DNA from: Octopus bimaculoides
Lineage: Eukaryota
NCBI RefSeq assembly: GCF_001194135.2
Contig: NC_068984.1
Location: forward strand, 63,827,036-63,891,035
Reading direction: 5' to 3'
DNA length: 64,000 nt
Shown one piece after another: positions 1 through 11,000 of this stretch. The notes beneath the pieces were generated by a model. It saw nothing but the letters and a program-made list of their open reading frames with translations, did not search any database and was not told the origin of the DNA. The position numbers were made by a program, and so were the translations under genes. Within the stretch, counting starts at the first letter, position 1, and each line of letters starts with the position of its first letter.

Positions 1-1340
1 AGTTTTTTATTTTATTTTAATTTATCCTGATTTATACCTCTTATGTAGTTCGGTAATTTTTTATATTTGTAATTACACATTATATTGTATAATCTTTTTT
101 ATATTTATATTTGATATTTTTATACATTTGTATATCCTTTCATAAACTTTCTAAGTGTTTATGATTTATAAAAAATGTTTGACAATTTATAGTCATTTTG
201 TATAATTTATTGGATATGGGAATCTTTATTTTTGTATATTTTTATCATGCAATATATTTATTAAGTGTTTAAATTCCCCAATTATTTTAAGTATTGTATC
301 CGCATGTACCTCATATACATTTCGTCTACCTTAAATTCGATACATAGATTGTATCCATGTATTTTATACAATATTTTACGATATTTTATATTTATCCACC
401 CTAATGAAGAGAATAGTTCTTATATTGGTTCAAAATATACTATGTATTTCTATTCATATGATAATCTAACTGCGTCATACATTCATTATAGAATGTTTTT
501 ATCATGATTTCATAAACACTATGCCTACGAAAAGTCTTGATAGTTTTGTTTTATATATATTACAATATCCCATTATTAGGTTTTAGATTTAATTACAATC
601 CTTATTCTATATTTCTATAGATTGATTAAAAATTTCTCAATTTAGTATTATGAATTTGCTAAGTTATAAATTACTACCTTTCGTATCCTTCAATTCTAAT
701 TTCCGCCTCTAAAGGTTATATTACTTATCTTTTGGTTTTTCATTATATTCCCCTTTCCATTATATTTCCCTCTATCCTTCCTTCTTCCATCTATCACCTC
801 TTCCCCACCAGACATTCCCTTATTACTAACCCTACAACCTATCCTTTTCTGTAGATAAAGCTAGATATATGGTTCCAGTACATTGAGAGTATAGTAGATT
901 GTCTGACGTTAATTGATTTATCGCCATTAACTGGGATACAGTGCATTTCATTCTAAATAGTTAAAGACTGCATTCTACATAAAGTTTTCTGAAAATAAGT
1001 AACTAGATCACCACTCTTCTTGTCCTCATCCAACTATTTCCCCTGCTACACTCTGAATTATTGTAAGTTAGATGTGGTATGCATGATTTTCTAAACTCAG
1101 TCTGCCACAGATATGACAAAAGAAACAATGTAAATATTTTGAGTTCCATTACGGATGTAAATATGTTTTTAAAAAATGGTTGTATCATTTGTGTTTGAAG
1201 TCTATGTGGTCATCTGAGGAGAACGGTTTATTTGAAATGAAGTAATGTTTTCATTAATCAATTAAAGGAGCTGCTTGAATCGACCGTAATGAATTGACAC
1301 CTGTACATTTTTGTTACACATTTATATTCTATTTACCTAA
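1..1340 (+). mobile_element. Highly degenerate Penelope-like element (RT/GIY-YIG remnants plus 3' pLTR)
   Basis: Broken plus-strand frames resemble PLE motifs: GYGNLY..LSCNIFI (~210-260, cf. GxAMGNPLSPxLxNIFM), TASYIHY (~465-490), INWDTV (~925-945, cf. HxIDWDxV). The segment ends in a hammerhead-like motif at 1210-1292. Many stops and frameshifts; boundaries approximate. Confidence 0.45.
1210..1292 (+). ncRNA. Type I minimal hammerhead ribozyme remnant
   Basis: TCAT(1210-13) CTGAGGA(1214-20) GAAC...GCTT GAA(1277-79) TCGACCGT A ATGA(1289-92). Stem I TCAT/ATGA is perfect and the CUGANGA core is canonical; A15.1 is mutated to T. Confidence 0.6.
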
Positions 1341-2339
1341 CTTGGAATCTGCACTTCACAAATATTATAGAAAGTAATTTATAAAAAGTACATGTCTGAA
1401 TTACCAAGAGCAGATATCTTCTCTTAGCTGGGTTGCAATATCTGCACATACAGCAGGGATATCAGGTACAAACACCCCTCAAGGAGTCTAGATATTCCAT
1501 ATTCAATTCACATTGTTTGAGTGTGTGGATTATACCTAACAAGGTATAAAGACCTAGCGAAAGGCCTCAATTTTGTACCTAATTCGGCGTAATCTTCATT
1601 ATATTTTATATGTGTGTTTGTCTGAATGTGCNNNNNNNNNNNNNNNNNNNNNNNNNNNNNNNNNNNNNNNNNNNNNNNNNNNNNNNNNNNNNNNNNNNNN
1701 NNNNNNNNNNNNNNNNNNNNNNNNNNNNNNNNNNNNNNNNNNNNNNNNNNNNNNNNNNNNNNNNNNNNNNNNNNNNNNNNNNNNNNNNNNNNNNNNNNNN
1801 NNNNNNNNNNNNNNNNNNNNNNNNNNNNNNNNNNNNNNNNNNNNNNNNNNNNNNNNNNNNNNNNNNNNNNNNNNNNNNNNNNNNNNNNNNNNNNNNNNNN
1901 NNNNNNNNNNNNNNNNNNNNNNNNNNNNNNNNNNNNNNNNNNNNNNNNNNNNNNNNNNNNNNNNNNNNNNNNNNNNNNNNNNNNNNNNNNNNNNNNNNNN
2001 NNNNNNNNNNNNNNNNNNNNNNNNNNNNNNNNNNNNNNNNNNNNNNNNNNNNNNNNNNNNNNNNNNNNNNNNNNNNNNNNNNNNNNNNNNNNNNNNNNNN
2101 NNNNNNNNNNNNNNNNNNNNNNNNNNNNNNNNNNNNNNNNNNNNNNNNNNNNNNNNNNNNNNNNTGTGTGTGTCGGGGGGTTCTTATATAGAATTGAACT
2201 TCTATATGTATGTGAATTTGCAGGATAGTAGACTAGCTGAATCATTAGAGGGTTGTGCAATATATTTTGTGCTATTTATTCCGAATATCTATTTTCGTCG
2301 TGAAAATCCTGCTTTTAAATGCGTAAAAATTTGCTAGAT

Positions 2340-2500
2340 CGACTTGCAATATTTTCTGAGAAACTCCGCTGAGGTCAATTTTATCTTTCATCACTTCGCG
2401 AATAATTACCCACAGTATCAAGTCAAGTACTTGTGTTGATTATAGTGACTACAACTTCACCTCAAATTTAGTGACTTCGTGCGTAAAATTTGAAACAATT
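2340..2500 (+). mobile_element. Degenerate SINE body
   Basis: tccgctgaggtcaattttatctttcatc...aaatttgaaacaattat resembles the body and tail of the intact SINE at 29893-30109. Confidence 0.4.
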
Positions 2501-2867
2501 ATCGTATAATAAACTAAAAAAAAACGTATCTCAAACATACATCTCTTCTGAAGCTTAATGTATTCCAAATAAATAATCAGTATGAACCGTAATAAATTTA
2601 TCAACGAAGCATGCGTATGTTAAAGCTTCTATCATTTTTAAATAAAGGATTCAAATCACCGCTGTGTATTTATATCTTCACTTTTTACGATGTCACAGCA
2701 AGGAAAAAATATCGTTAGATATATAAAGGCTTACACTGTCATAGAGACACTTTCCTGTAAACCAGTTACACATATAAATATGTGTGTATATATATGTATG
2801 TAAGAACGTATTTATGTATGTATGAAATAGTATTTTTTTTTTATCTTGGTGCGTTTTTAAACATAAG

Positions 2868-2945
<78 letters not shown>

Positions 2946-3374
2946 AGAGAAAAGGTAATTTTCCTTTATTGCATGTTTTACATGGTGTTTCAACTTTTTC
3001 TTTAACGCTGGAATTAAATGATTTTTTGAATGGTGTATTTGAATCAAATATTCTAATTTGCAAAACGTGATATTGCCGAAGGCTAACCATCATGATTCGT
3101 ATTGGTATAGATGTAGTTGTTAGATAACGAGGATTGTCACTAATAGAACCCCATGAAGATTCCGTGTGATGTGAATGAGGTAAAAAGTGTATATATTATT
3201 AATTTCACATTGATGAACAATAATATTACAACAATATTAAAATACAAAAAGTTCCGAATATTCCCTGTAAATAATTGTCAACTACATGTTGAGCATAATT
3301 CAGGAGATATGTATTGTATAAATATATCTGACGCATATAATTATATGTATAAGTATATATGTTCCTTTATTAGT

Positions 3375-4095
3375 TAGCTCTTACGTTTCCCCCACTATCA
3401 TCCTTCAAATAAATTCAGCTCTATTTATAGAATATTAACACTACTACCTTTCTTTCTTATTATACCTTTTTTCTTTTTATTACTATTTTTCGAACCCCAC
3501 CAATATCATCACCCCCTACCGGTTCCTTTCTATCCTGACACTGAACACTACTGTAACTGCCTCCCTTTCCTACTTCACTTTATCTCTTCACACTCCCTTT
3601 CTCCACGTATCCATTTCTTTACAACCCTATACTTCCACCCCTATCTTTTTTTTGTCTTCGTTCTCCTTTCTTCAACCTTCCCTCCTAACCGTATATCTGA
3701 CCTCACAGTCTCTTACACATCTCCCTCTATTCATCTATTTATAGCCTACTGCTTGCACCACTACCTTCATTCTCCCTTAACTATTTCCTCCTCCATCCTT
3801 CCTGTCTTATGGCTTGAACTCACTTATCTTCCACTCATTTCGAGCTGTCTTTTAAACAACGCACAGGGTAAACTGGATAAGAAATGTTATATATCTACCA
3901 ATATAACTATAATTATCACTGGAAAATACCCACACGGATTCTATACATGGATATTTATCTTTGGAATGGAACTATACTCCAAGTACTTTTTCTTTGTTTT
4001 TTCTTCTCTGCATCGCTCTCATTTCTTACTGCAAATCTACTCATACAGATTTAATAATCCTTAACTTCTACTATTACCGTCTCCGATGAAGTGTT
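3375..4095 (+). mobile_element. Degenerate Penelope-like 3' fragment
   Basis: RFPHYHPSN (~3385-3410) and IFRTPPISS resemble the PLE RT-EN linker, followed by a Cys-containing stretch. Ends in GTCT-CCGATGAAG (hammerhead 5' half), a 16-mer shared with 63073-63088. Confidence 0.5.
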
Positions 4096-4114
4096 ACATT
4101 GAATTGTTACATCA

Positions 4115-4382
4115 ATTTAAAATGCAGAGCAATCCTCAGCTCTACAAAGACATAGAATTTAATTAAATTAGAACAGATGGACTCATTAGTATAATTATAT
4201 CTCAAATTTCCAAGACGTTACGGATATAGACAAAGAACATGCTGCCTCTACTACAACATAGAACTTAACTTCTATATAGCATGCTTTTTGTCTATCTCCT
4301 TAATTCTTGGAAATTTTAGGTATAATAATACTAATATGTCCATATGTCCTTGTGAAATTGAGGATTGCTTTGCATTTTAAAT
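4115..4382. repeat. Imperfect inverted repeat (fold-back)
   Basis: Core arms 4204-4243 (aaatttccaagacgttacggatatagacaaagaacatgct) and 4278-4316 are reverse complements with ~6 differences. Pairing extends to atttaaaatgcagagcaatcctca (4115) / tgaggattgctttgcattttaaat (4382). Confidence 0.85.
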
Positions 4383-4437
4383 ATATGTAATGATTACACT
4401 GTTCAATTAAATGGAGTTGTATGAAACGATCGTACTG
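4358..4437 (+). ncRNA. Hammerhead remnant, same family as 1210-1292
   Basis: TTGAGGA(4358-64), 58 nt, then GAA ACGATCGT A (4423-34). Spacing matches the 1210 copy (56 nt). The inverted copy at 4133-4139 retains CTGAGGA. Stem I is decayed. Confidence 0.45.
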
Positions 4438-4735
4438 CATTACATATGGGAATCCTTGCTGATTATTTTGATTTTAATCACTTTACTTTGAAATTGTATG
4501 GATAATTCTGCTGCCTCAACTTAAGTACCATATTCACCTGAATCTAAATACACGCGCGCGCGCACGCGCACACACGCACACACACATACATATATATATA
4601 TATACACACATACATACATGTATACATATATATAAATATATACAGATGTATACATATATATATGCATACATGCACACACACATATATACATATATATACA
4701 CATATATTTACATATACAGACATATACATATACAT

Positions 4736-4767
<32 letters not shown>

Positions 4768-4825
4768 GGGTCCGTATATATATATACATATACATATATA
4801 TATATATATATATACATATATACAT

Positions 4826-5754
4826 ACAAGGATATTAAGTTATTAGTGCATTACAGCCGCTTCAGGCAGCTTCAATTAATCGATCATTGCAAGCATTAAT
4901 TGAAATGCCACGCCTTCCTCGGACGCATTGGTTAATATAGGTTTTCAACATATAATTCTTTTGCTATTCTTTTTTTTTTATCTCAGAATGAAAGAATTAC
5001 ATGCCTGTTTCTAGTAATATTGCAGAATGAACTTGGGAAGAAACTACCCCAACTATAATTTGGAGTGGCCAAACAGAATAACAATGGGTGTCAAGAGATG
5101 GTAATATAGCTACATTTTTCTTTGTCCTTATCACATGGAAAGGATCCAATACAGCTACTATTCTACATCCACTAGGAATTAAAATCACTGAGAATTGACA
5201 GTTGATTTCCCCCTGCTGATGATAAATTGATTAATGACAGATACGCTTCCCTACCCCTAATTTACGGTGGCTATAAATTCGTTATGTCTACATAAATGAA
5301 AATATCTCAGAAGTCTGTAAGATAGTGGTGCCTGCTAGAAAGCGTGATGGTAGGTGTGACAAACTATTTTATTGTTGTCAGTTATATGTGGTTTTAATGC
5401 TTGGTGGATATGCATTAGATCCTATGATTGTGATACGGAGAAAGATAAATGTGTCTATATTAGTATCTCTTGATCCCATTGTTGTTCTCTTCTGCCATTC
5501 CAAATTATGGTTGGGGTATTTTCTCCCCTAACTTCTGCAGTAATAGCAACAGGCATGTAATTTTTGTATTCTCTCATTCTGATGAGACATTTGCGAAAAA
5601 ATCTGATAATGGAATATCCTGTATGTTGAAAACCTATATGGTTTTATGCAACCGAGAAAGGCGGTGTATTACAAATTGATGTCATGCTTGCATTGATCGT
5701 TTAAATGGAGTCGTCTGAAACGGCCGTAAGGCACTATTACCTTGATATCCTTGT
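4826..5754. repeat. Head-to-head inverted pair of pLTR-like repeats (~350-bp arms, ~200-bp spacer)
   Basis: Reverse complement of 4826-5185 aligns to ~5400-5754 (shared ccaaattat.gttggggta, aacaggcatgtaatt, atgttgaaaacctatat, atgcttgca.tgatcg, atatccttgt). Both arms carry a hammerhead 3' half pointing outward. Confidence 0.85.
5574..5732 (+). ncRNA. Hammerhead remnant with perfect palindromic stem III
   Basis: TCATT CTGATGA(5579-85) GAC...GTCT GAA(5717-19) ACGGCCGT A AGGC; stem II insert is ~130 nt. Confidence 0.55.
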
Positions 5755-6123
5755 TACTTATTCACCTTACATCGAGCTTTAAGCTTAATACCCGACTCAC
5801 TCTGTGCCTCAAATTATGTAACTAATTCAACTAGATCTATCTATATATGCGTGTGTGTGTGTGTGTGCGTGCGGGTGTGTGTGTGTGTGTGTGTGTGTGA
5901 GTGTGTGCGTGCGTGTGTGTTTGAGGAGAGAGGGAGAGAAAAGTTAGTTCAAGTAGAACCTTTAGAACTTTTTGTTAGATTTCTAATAAAGATTCTTCAT
6001 GTCAAAGTAGTAAGTTGCTATTGCAAGTTATTTAAAATATGAAAATATGACAATTAAAAATGTGTTATGAGTATTATAAGATACAATCTTATATAAATCC
6101 AATTAACAGTTTAAGATGTTAAA

Positions 6124-6440
6124 AATTCACATAAACTTTTAGCATCTTCGTTTCTCCATATTTTATCTGTTAGTCAGGTTTATATAAGATTTTATCCTAT
6201 AATACTATATANNNNNNNNNNNNNNNNNNNNNNNNNNNNNNNNNNNNNNNNNNNNNNNNNNNNNNNNNNNNNNNNNNNNNNNNNTATATATATATATGTA
6301 TATATATACATATGTATGTATGTAGGCATATATATATATACAATTAAAAATGTGTTGAGTATTATAGGATAAAATCTTATATAAACCCGACTAACAGATA
6401 AAATATGGAGAAACGAAGATGCTAAAAGTTTATGTGAATT
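6124..6440. repeat. Near-perfect 83-bp inverted repeat flanking an N gap
   Basis: 6124-6206 is the reverse complement of 6358-6440 with one mismatch; gap at 6212-6284. Confidence 0.9.
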
Positions 6441-7650
6441 TATATAAATAAAGAAATAAACGCTTGTGTTTATGTACTTTCTACGCGCGCGCGTGCGTAT
6501 AAGTACTTACATGTCTAAGCACAACTCACTTCCAAGTTAATTTTATGCATTTAAGATGTGACGAATAAAGGAAAACGAGCCAAAGAATTTTTATTGTAAC
6601 AAATCCTGCAACCCTAATCTAAACGTGGAATTAGTTACGTTCCGGATTGATATTCCCATCACAACTTTATGTATTCTTCCAGGTCGTAGAAGAATACCTT
6701 GAAATAAAGACAGTTAATAGAATTTATGTTTCTTTGTGCGCCAAAAAATCTCTGTCTGTAGTGAAAACACGACATTAGTAGATACTAAAAGCTGTATTGA
6801 ATTATTTCTTACACTGATACTATAGTTTTAATTATTTCTTCTTTATAATTACTAAACAAAAATATAATTAATTAAAGCGTATCATTTAAGCGATCTCTAG
6901 CCACAATTACATCATTGTCAAATACATGATTTTGTCATGCAAAATAGAAATTGTAGGGCCATAGAATTCGTGTTATAGAAATGTTAATATTCCGTAACGG
7001 CAGATGGTAGTAACAAAGGATTATTCATGAACCATTTAATATAATCATATACAACCCATTACATGTTAGTAACCTCTTTTATGAATGATTGTTATTATAT
7101 TAATACTAGTTTCCGTGGGAAGTAAACATTCAGACGAAAATCACTGCATCAATTAGTTATACAGCGACCTTAGTCTAAAGGAAGTTAAATAAGTATGTAT
7201 ATATATATATATGTGTGTGTATGTGTGTGTGAGTGTGTGTGTGTGTGTGTGTTCATGTTTATGTGTGTGTCCTTGTGTGTATGCGTGTGTTTGTGGGTGG
7301 GCGTTTGTGTGTGTGTATGACTATGTTTCTGCTTGTATCTTGGAGTTAATATCCATTTCGAATCTAGTTGTCAGGTAATAAACTGATTATTTTTAATGTG
7401 TTGAGTACAAAGCCGATGCGGATTTTCTTTCTCACAGAAAGAAAACTGATCCTGTATTACATAATCCCTCTTGATTCTTTCAGTTTCATCTAATAGTATT
7501 TTAGATTACATTATACTGAATATTTTCTGTGTGTACATTGTATCCTTCTTCAAACACGTATCATTCTTCAAAAACTTCAAAAAGCTTTACTGTATTCATA
7601 GTATAATGATTTAATATATTCTTTTTGTTTTGTTTCGAATTTTCTCATAG

Positions 7651-7668
7651 CCAACGAGTGAAACCATG
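7651..7668 (+). other. Candidate 18-nt exon ending in a start codon
   Basis: Long pyrimidine tract then TAG | CCAACGAGTGAAACCATG | GTAAGT; ACCATG is a good initiation context. No downstream exon could be linked with confidence. Confidence 0.4.
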
Positions 7669-7721
7669 GTAAGTAGCTCCTGTTTACTGACGTTGATTAA
7701 TCATAACTGTGAACATGCCTA

Positions 7722-7937
7722 CGACAGGTTGTTCACAAGTTCCTGGCTTTCAGTTATCGCGAAAAGCCTGGTTGGAAACCTAACCTCCCGAGTTCTTTTA
7801 CAGAGTTTAGAAAAGCTGAAGGAACGCTGCAGTAAGTGTGTGAATTTAAGAAGGGAATGTGTTGAATAAAACCATGATTAACTTATCCTTCTTTACTTTC
7901 TTTAACCCAAAGCCAAGAATTTTTCAGCATCCTTGCA
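7722..7937 (+). mobile_element. Mariner-derived MITE / internal deletion derivative
   Basis: TA-flanked degenerate TIRs (cgacaggttgttcacaagttcctggctt ... aagccaagaatttttcagcatccttgca). Interior encodes QSLEKLKERCSKCVNLRRECVE*, like a mariner transposase C-terminus. Confidence 0.7.
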
Positions 7938-10329
7938 TATATCTCAGTTCGTGATGTGCATCTTCTTTCAACTTTACGGATTATGCGTGACATACTATGA
8001 TTGCTTAACTTAATCAGAAAGCAAAATCATATTTCCCTCGCAGCAAAATTGAATCGGCATTTTGTTCTTGAAAGGATAGCTTCATAAGAATATTTCGTGT
8101 TTAAAACACAAATTTAGTGAAATAATGACTAACAGGTATAAGTATTTGTTGCACACTGAAAAGTATGATTTTATAAAGAATTTAATATATTTACTAAGTT
8201 TCTAATTCTCAGAAGTAAAGAAATGTGTTGAAGTCTTATTCATGTTCATGAAAGGCGCAATGAAGGCAACACCACTTGATTTATTGATAGGTATTGCACA
8301 ACTATCAGTCAATGAATAAATTTATATATATANNNNNNNNNNNNNNNNNNNNNNNNNNNNNNNNNNNNNNNNNNNNNNNNNNNNNNNNNNNNNNNNNNNN
8401 NNNNNNNNNNNNNNNNNNNNNNNNNNNNNNNNNNNNNNNNNNNNNNNNNNNNNNNNNNNNNNNNNNNNNNNNNNNNNNNNNNNNNNNNNNNNNNNNNNNN
8501 NNNNNNNNNNNNNNNNNNNNNNNNNNNNNNNNNNNNNNNNNNNNNNNNNNNNNNNNNNNNNNNNNNNNNNNNNNNNNNNNNNNNNNNNNNNNNNNNNNNN
8601 NNNNNNNNNNNNNNNNNNNNNNNNNNNNNNNNNNNNNNNNNNNNNNNNNNNNNNNNNNNNNNNNNNNNNNNNNNNNNNNNNNNNNNNNNNNNNNNNNNNN
8701 NNNNNNNNNNNNNNNNNNNNNNNNNNNNNNNNNNNNNNNNNNNNNNNNNNNNNNNNNNNNNNNNNNNNNNNNNNNNNNNNNNNNNNNNNNNNNNNNNNNN
8801 NNNNNNNNNNNNNNNNNNNNNNNNNNNNNNNNNNNNNNNNNNNNNNNNNNNNNNNNNNNNNNNNNNNNNNNNNNNNNNNNNNNNNNNNNNNNNNNNNNNN
8901 NNNNNNNNNNNNNNNNNNNNNNNNNNNNNNNNNNNNNNNNNNNNNNNNNNNNNNNNNNNNNNNNNNNNNNNNNNNNNNNNNNNNNNNNNNNNNNNNNNNN
9001 NNNNNNNNNNNNNNNNNNNNNNNNNNNNNNNNNNNNNNNNNNNNNNNNNNNNNNNNNNNNNNNNNNNNNNNNNNNNNNNNNNNNNNNNNNNNNNNNNNNN
9101 NNNNNNNNNNNNNNNNNNNNNNNNNNNNNNNNNNNNNNNNNNNNNNNNNNNNNNNNNNNNNNNNNNNNNNNNNNNNNNNNNNNNNNNNNNNNNNNNNNNN
9201 NNNNNNNNNNNNNNNNNNNNNNNNNNNNNNNNNNNNNNNNNNNNNNNNNNNNNNNNNNNNNNNNNNNNNNNNNNNNNNNNNNNNNNNNNNNNNNNNNNNN
9301 NNNNNNNNNNNNNNNNNNNNNNNNNNTGTGAAGTCTCTCATAAGTGGTGCTAATAACGTAGTATCCAGTATAAACTATTGCATTGCCACGTCGTCTGTGA
9401 CTAAGCTGCCACTCTCAGTAGGCTTGCCTGGTTTGGAACGTTGCTAGAGATCCAGCTGGACGAAGAACAAGACCTGTCAAAAGTTCAAATGACTATCTAG
9501 CAATACCACGGTCACTCAGAAATTATGGCAGGTATCCGGCTTGTGGAAGTCCACTGTGAGAGAGACACATGTTAGCATATGCCGGGAAGGACGTTCAACA
9601 TTTTGGGGATCTTTTGCTTGAGGTTATGGTGCTCCAACATTCCTGAGTCTGCTACTCATATTGGCATTGAATATCTTGATCTGGATTGTCTGTGCATCAT
9701 GTCAATAGGGTGGATTGGGCCTTTCTGGTTCTGCACAAGCCTTATTGGACCTAAAAGTTTAGGTTGTGCAATTACCAGCGACGTGACTCTCCAGTGCCCA
9801 GTCGAGTAGAAGTCAGTGTTGTTTTTGCACTGAATGCTGTCAAGAGGTGCTTTTGCAGCGGTCTTGAATTGAAGAACGTTGAGGGTGCGACTGTAAGGTA
9901 GGCATCTATTTTTTGAGGAGATTTAATGGGGTTTTGTTGTTTTATATTGTTTTTCTTTTTACAAATAAGAATTTCTCACTGGGTCCCGGAAATTTGTCTG
10001 TCTGCAGTCGGGCTAAGTGACTTACTTAGCCGTGGGAATCGTTGTTTGGGAGCGTGTCTCACCTCCAAAAAAAAAGGTGTGGAATTTTACCAGAAATTGA
10101 GGATTTTACTAAAAATTTGTGAATTTCGTCAAAATTGTACCTATTTGTGGAGCTCTGTTCTTGCTGATGGATTACCTTAAGCCAGGAGTACTGTCGGCCG
10201 GAATTGTGCTTTATTCTGCTATGTTTTGAACTGTCTTCCTTTTCTTCTATTTTCTTTTTTGTTTTGTCTTCGAACTCTTTTTGAACTTTGCTTTCAACTT
10301 TTTGTTCTCAAACATGACAAAGAAAGATG

Positions 10330-11000
10330 ATAAGGTTTTGGAGTGAGAAATTGCCCCACCCAAACAGTGGATAAAATGTCTTGAGGAGAGGACGGTGGTG
10401 CTTCGAACGTACTCCAAGTCGCTTGACACCATCGCCCCCTTTAAAAAAAGTTGATATCTAGAGAGAGTTGGCGGAATATATGCCAACTATAAAATTTATT
10501 TCCAGGGATGTCAAATATGCGACGGTATGGTTGCTATTTGACACCCCTGAAGAGGTTTGAAATTCTTCAAGTTAGCCCTTAAAGGGCGAAGAGATATTGT
10601 TTCTTCCCACGTAATGTTCATAATATATAAATGAACATATACAATAAGGATAAAATAATAAATACCAAGCAAGCATGGAACGGTTTGTCATTTTTTGTTG
10701 CATTAAAGATTGCGCGAAGAAGTTGACAAGGGCTTGGGTCTGCGGTTTGCCACCCGGAATAGAACCCGAGTGGATGGAAGACACTATCTGCCGGGGTCTG
10801 GGTGGCAGCGGAGCCAAGCTCCTCAATGTCAAAATTTTTCCTGCGGCTGATTGGATGGGGTCTGTGGACTCAATCAGCCAACAATCTGTTGTTTCCAGAT
10901 TTTCTTAAAATGGCCGGTTGTAAGTATCACCTGTGCCTGGAAACAGGACACATTAAAAAAACTATCCCAAGCACCAAGATAAGGTCTTGGACCACTTAGT
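10330..11000 (+). mobile_element. Degenerate LINE ORF1 (L1/Tx1-like, RRM-like region plus CCHC knuckle)
   Basis: ELAEYMPTIKFISRDVKYATVWLLFDTPEE, VCGLPPGIEPEW and a decayed knuckle CKYHLCLETGHIKK; GC-richer than flanks. The element probably extends ~9950-11540. Confidence 0.55.

Noticed and set aside
4079-4437. One giant hammerhead using the 4115-4382 fold-back as a 330-nt stem II
   Set aside because: The 3' half has its own core at 4358-4364 with family-typical spacing, and stem I does not pair with 4079-4082.
9330-9830. GC-richer segment after the large gap, possibly a LINE ORF2 3' end
   Set aside because: Only a vague CxxC-like remnant (YPACGSP); not enough to call.
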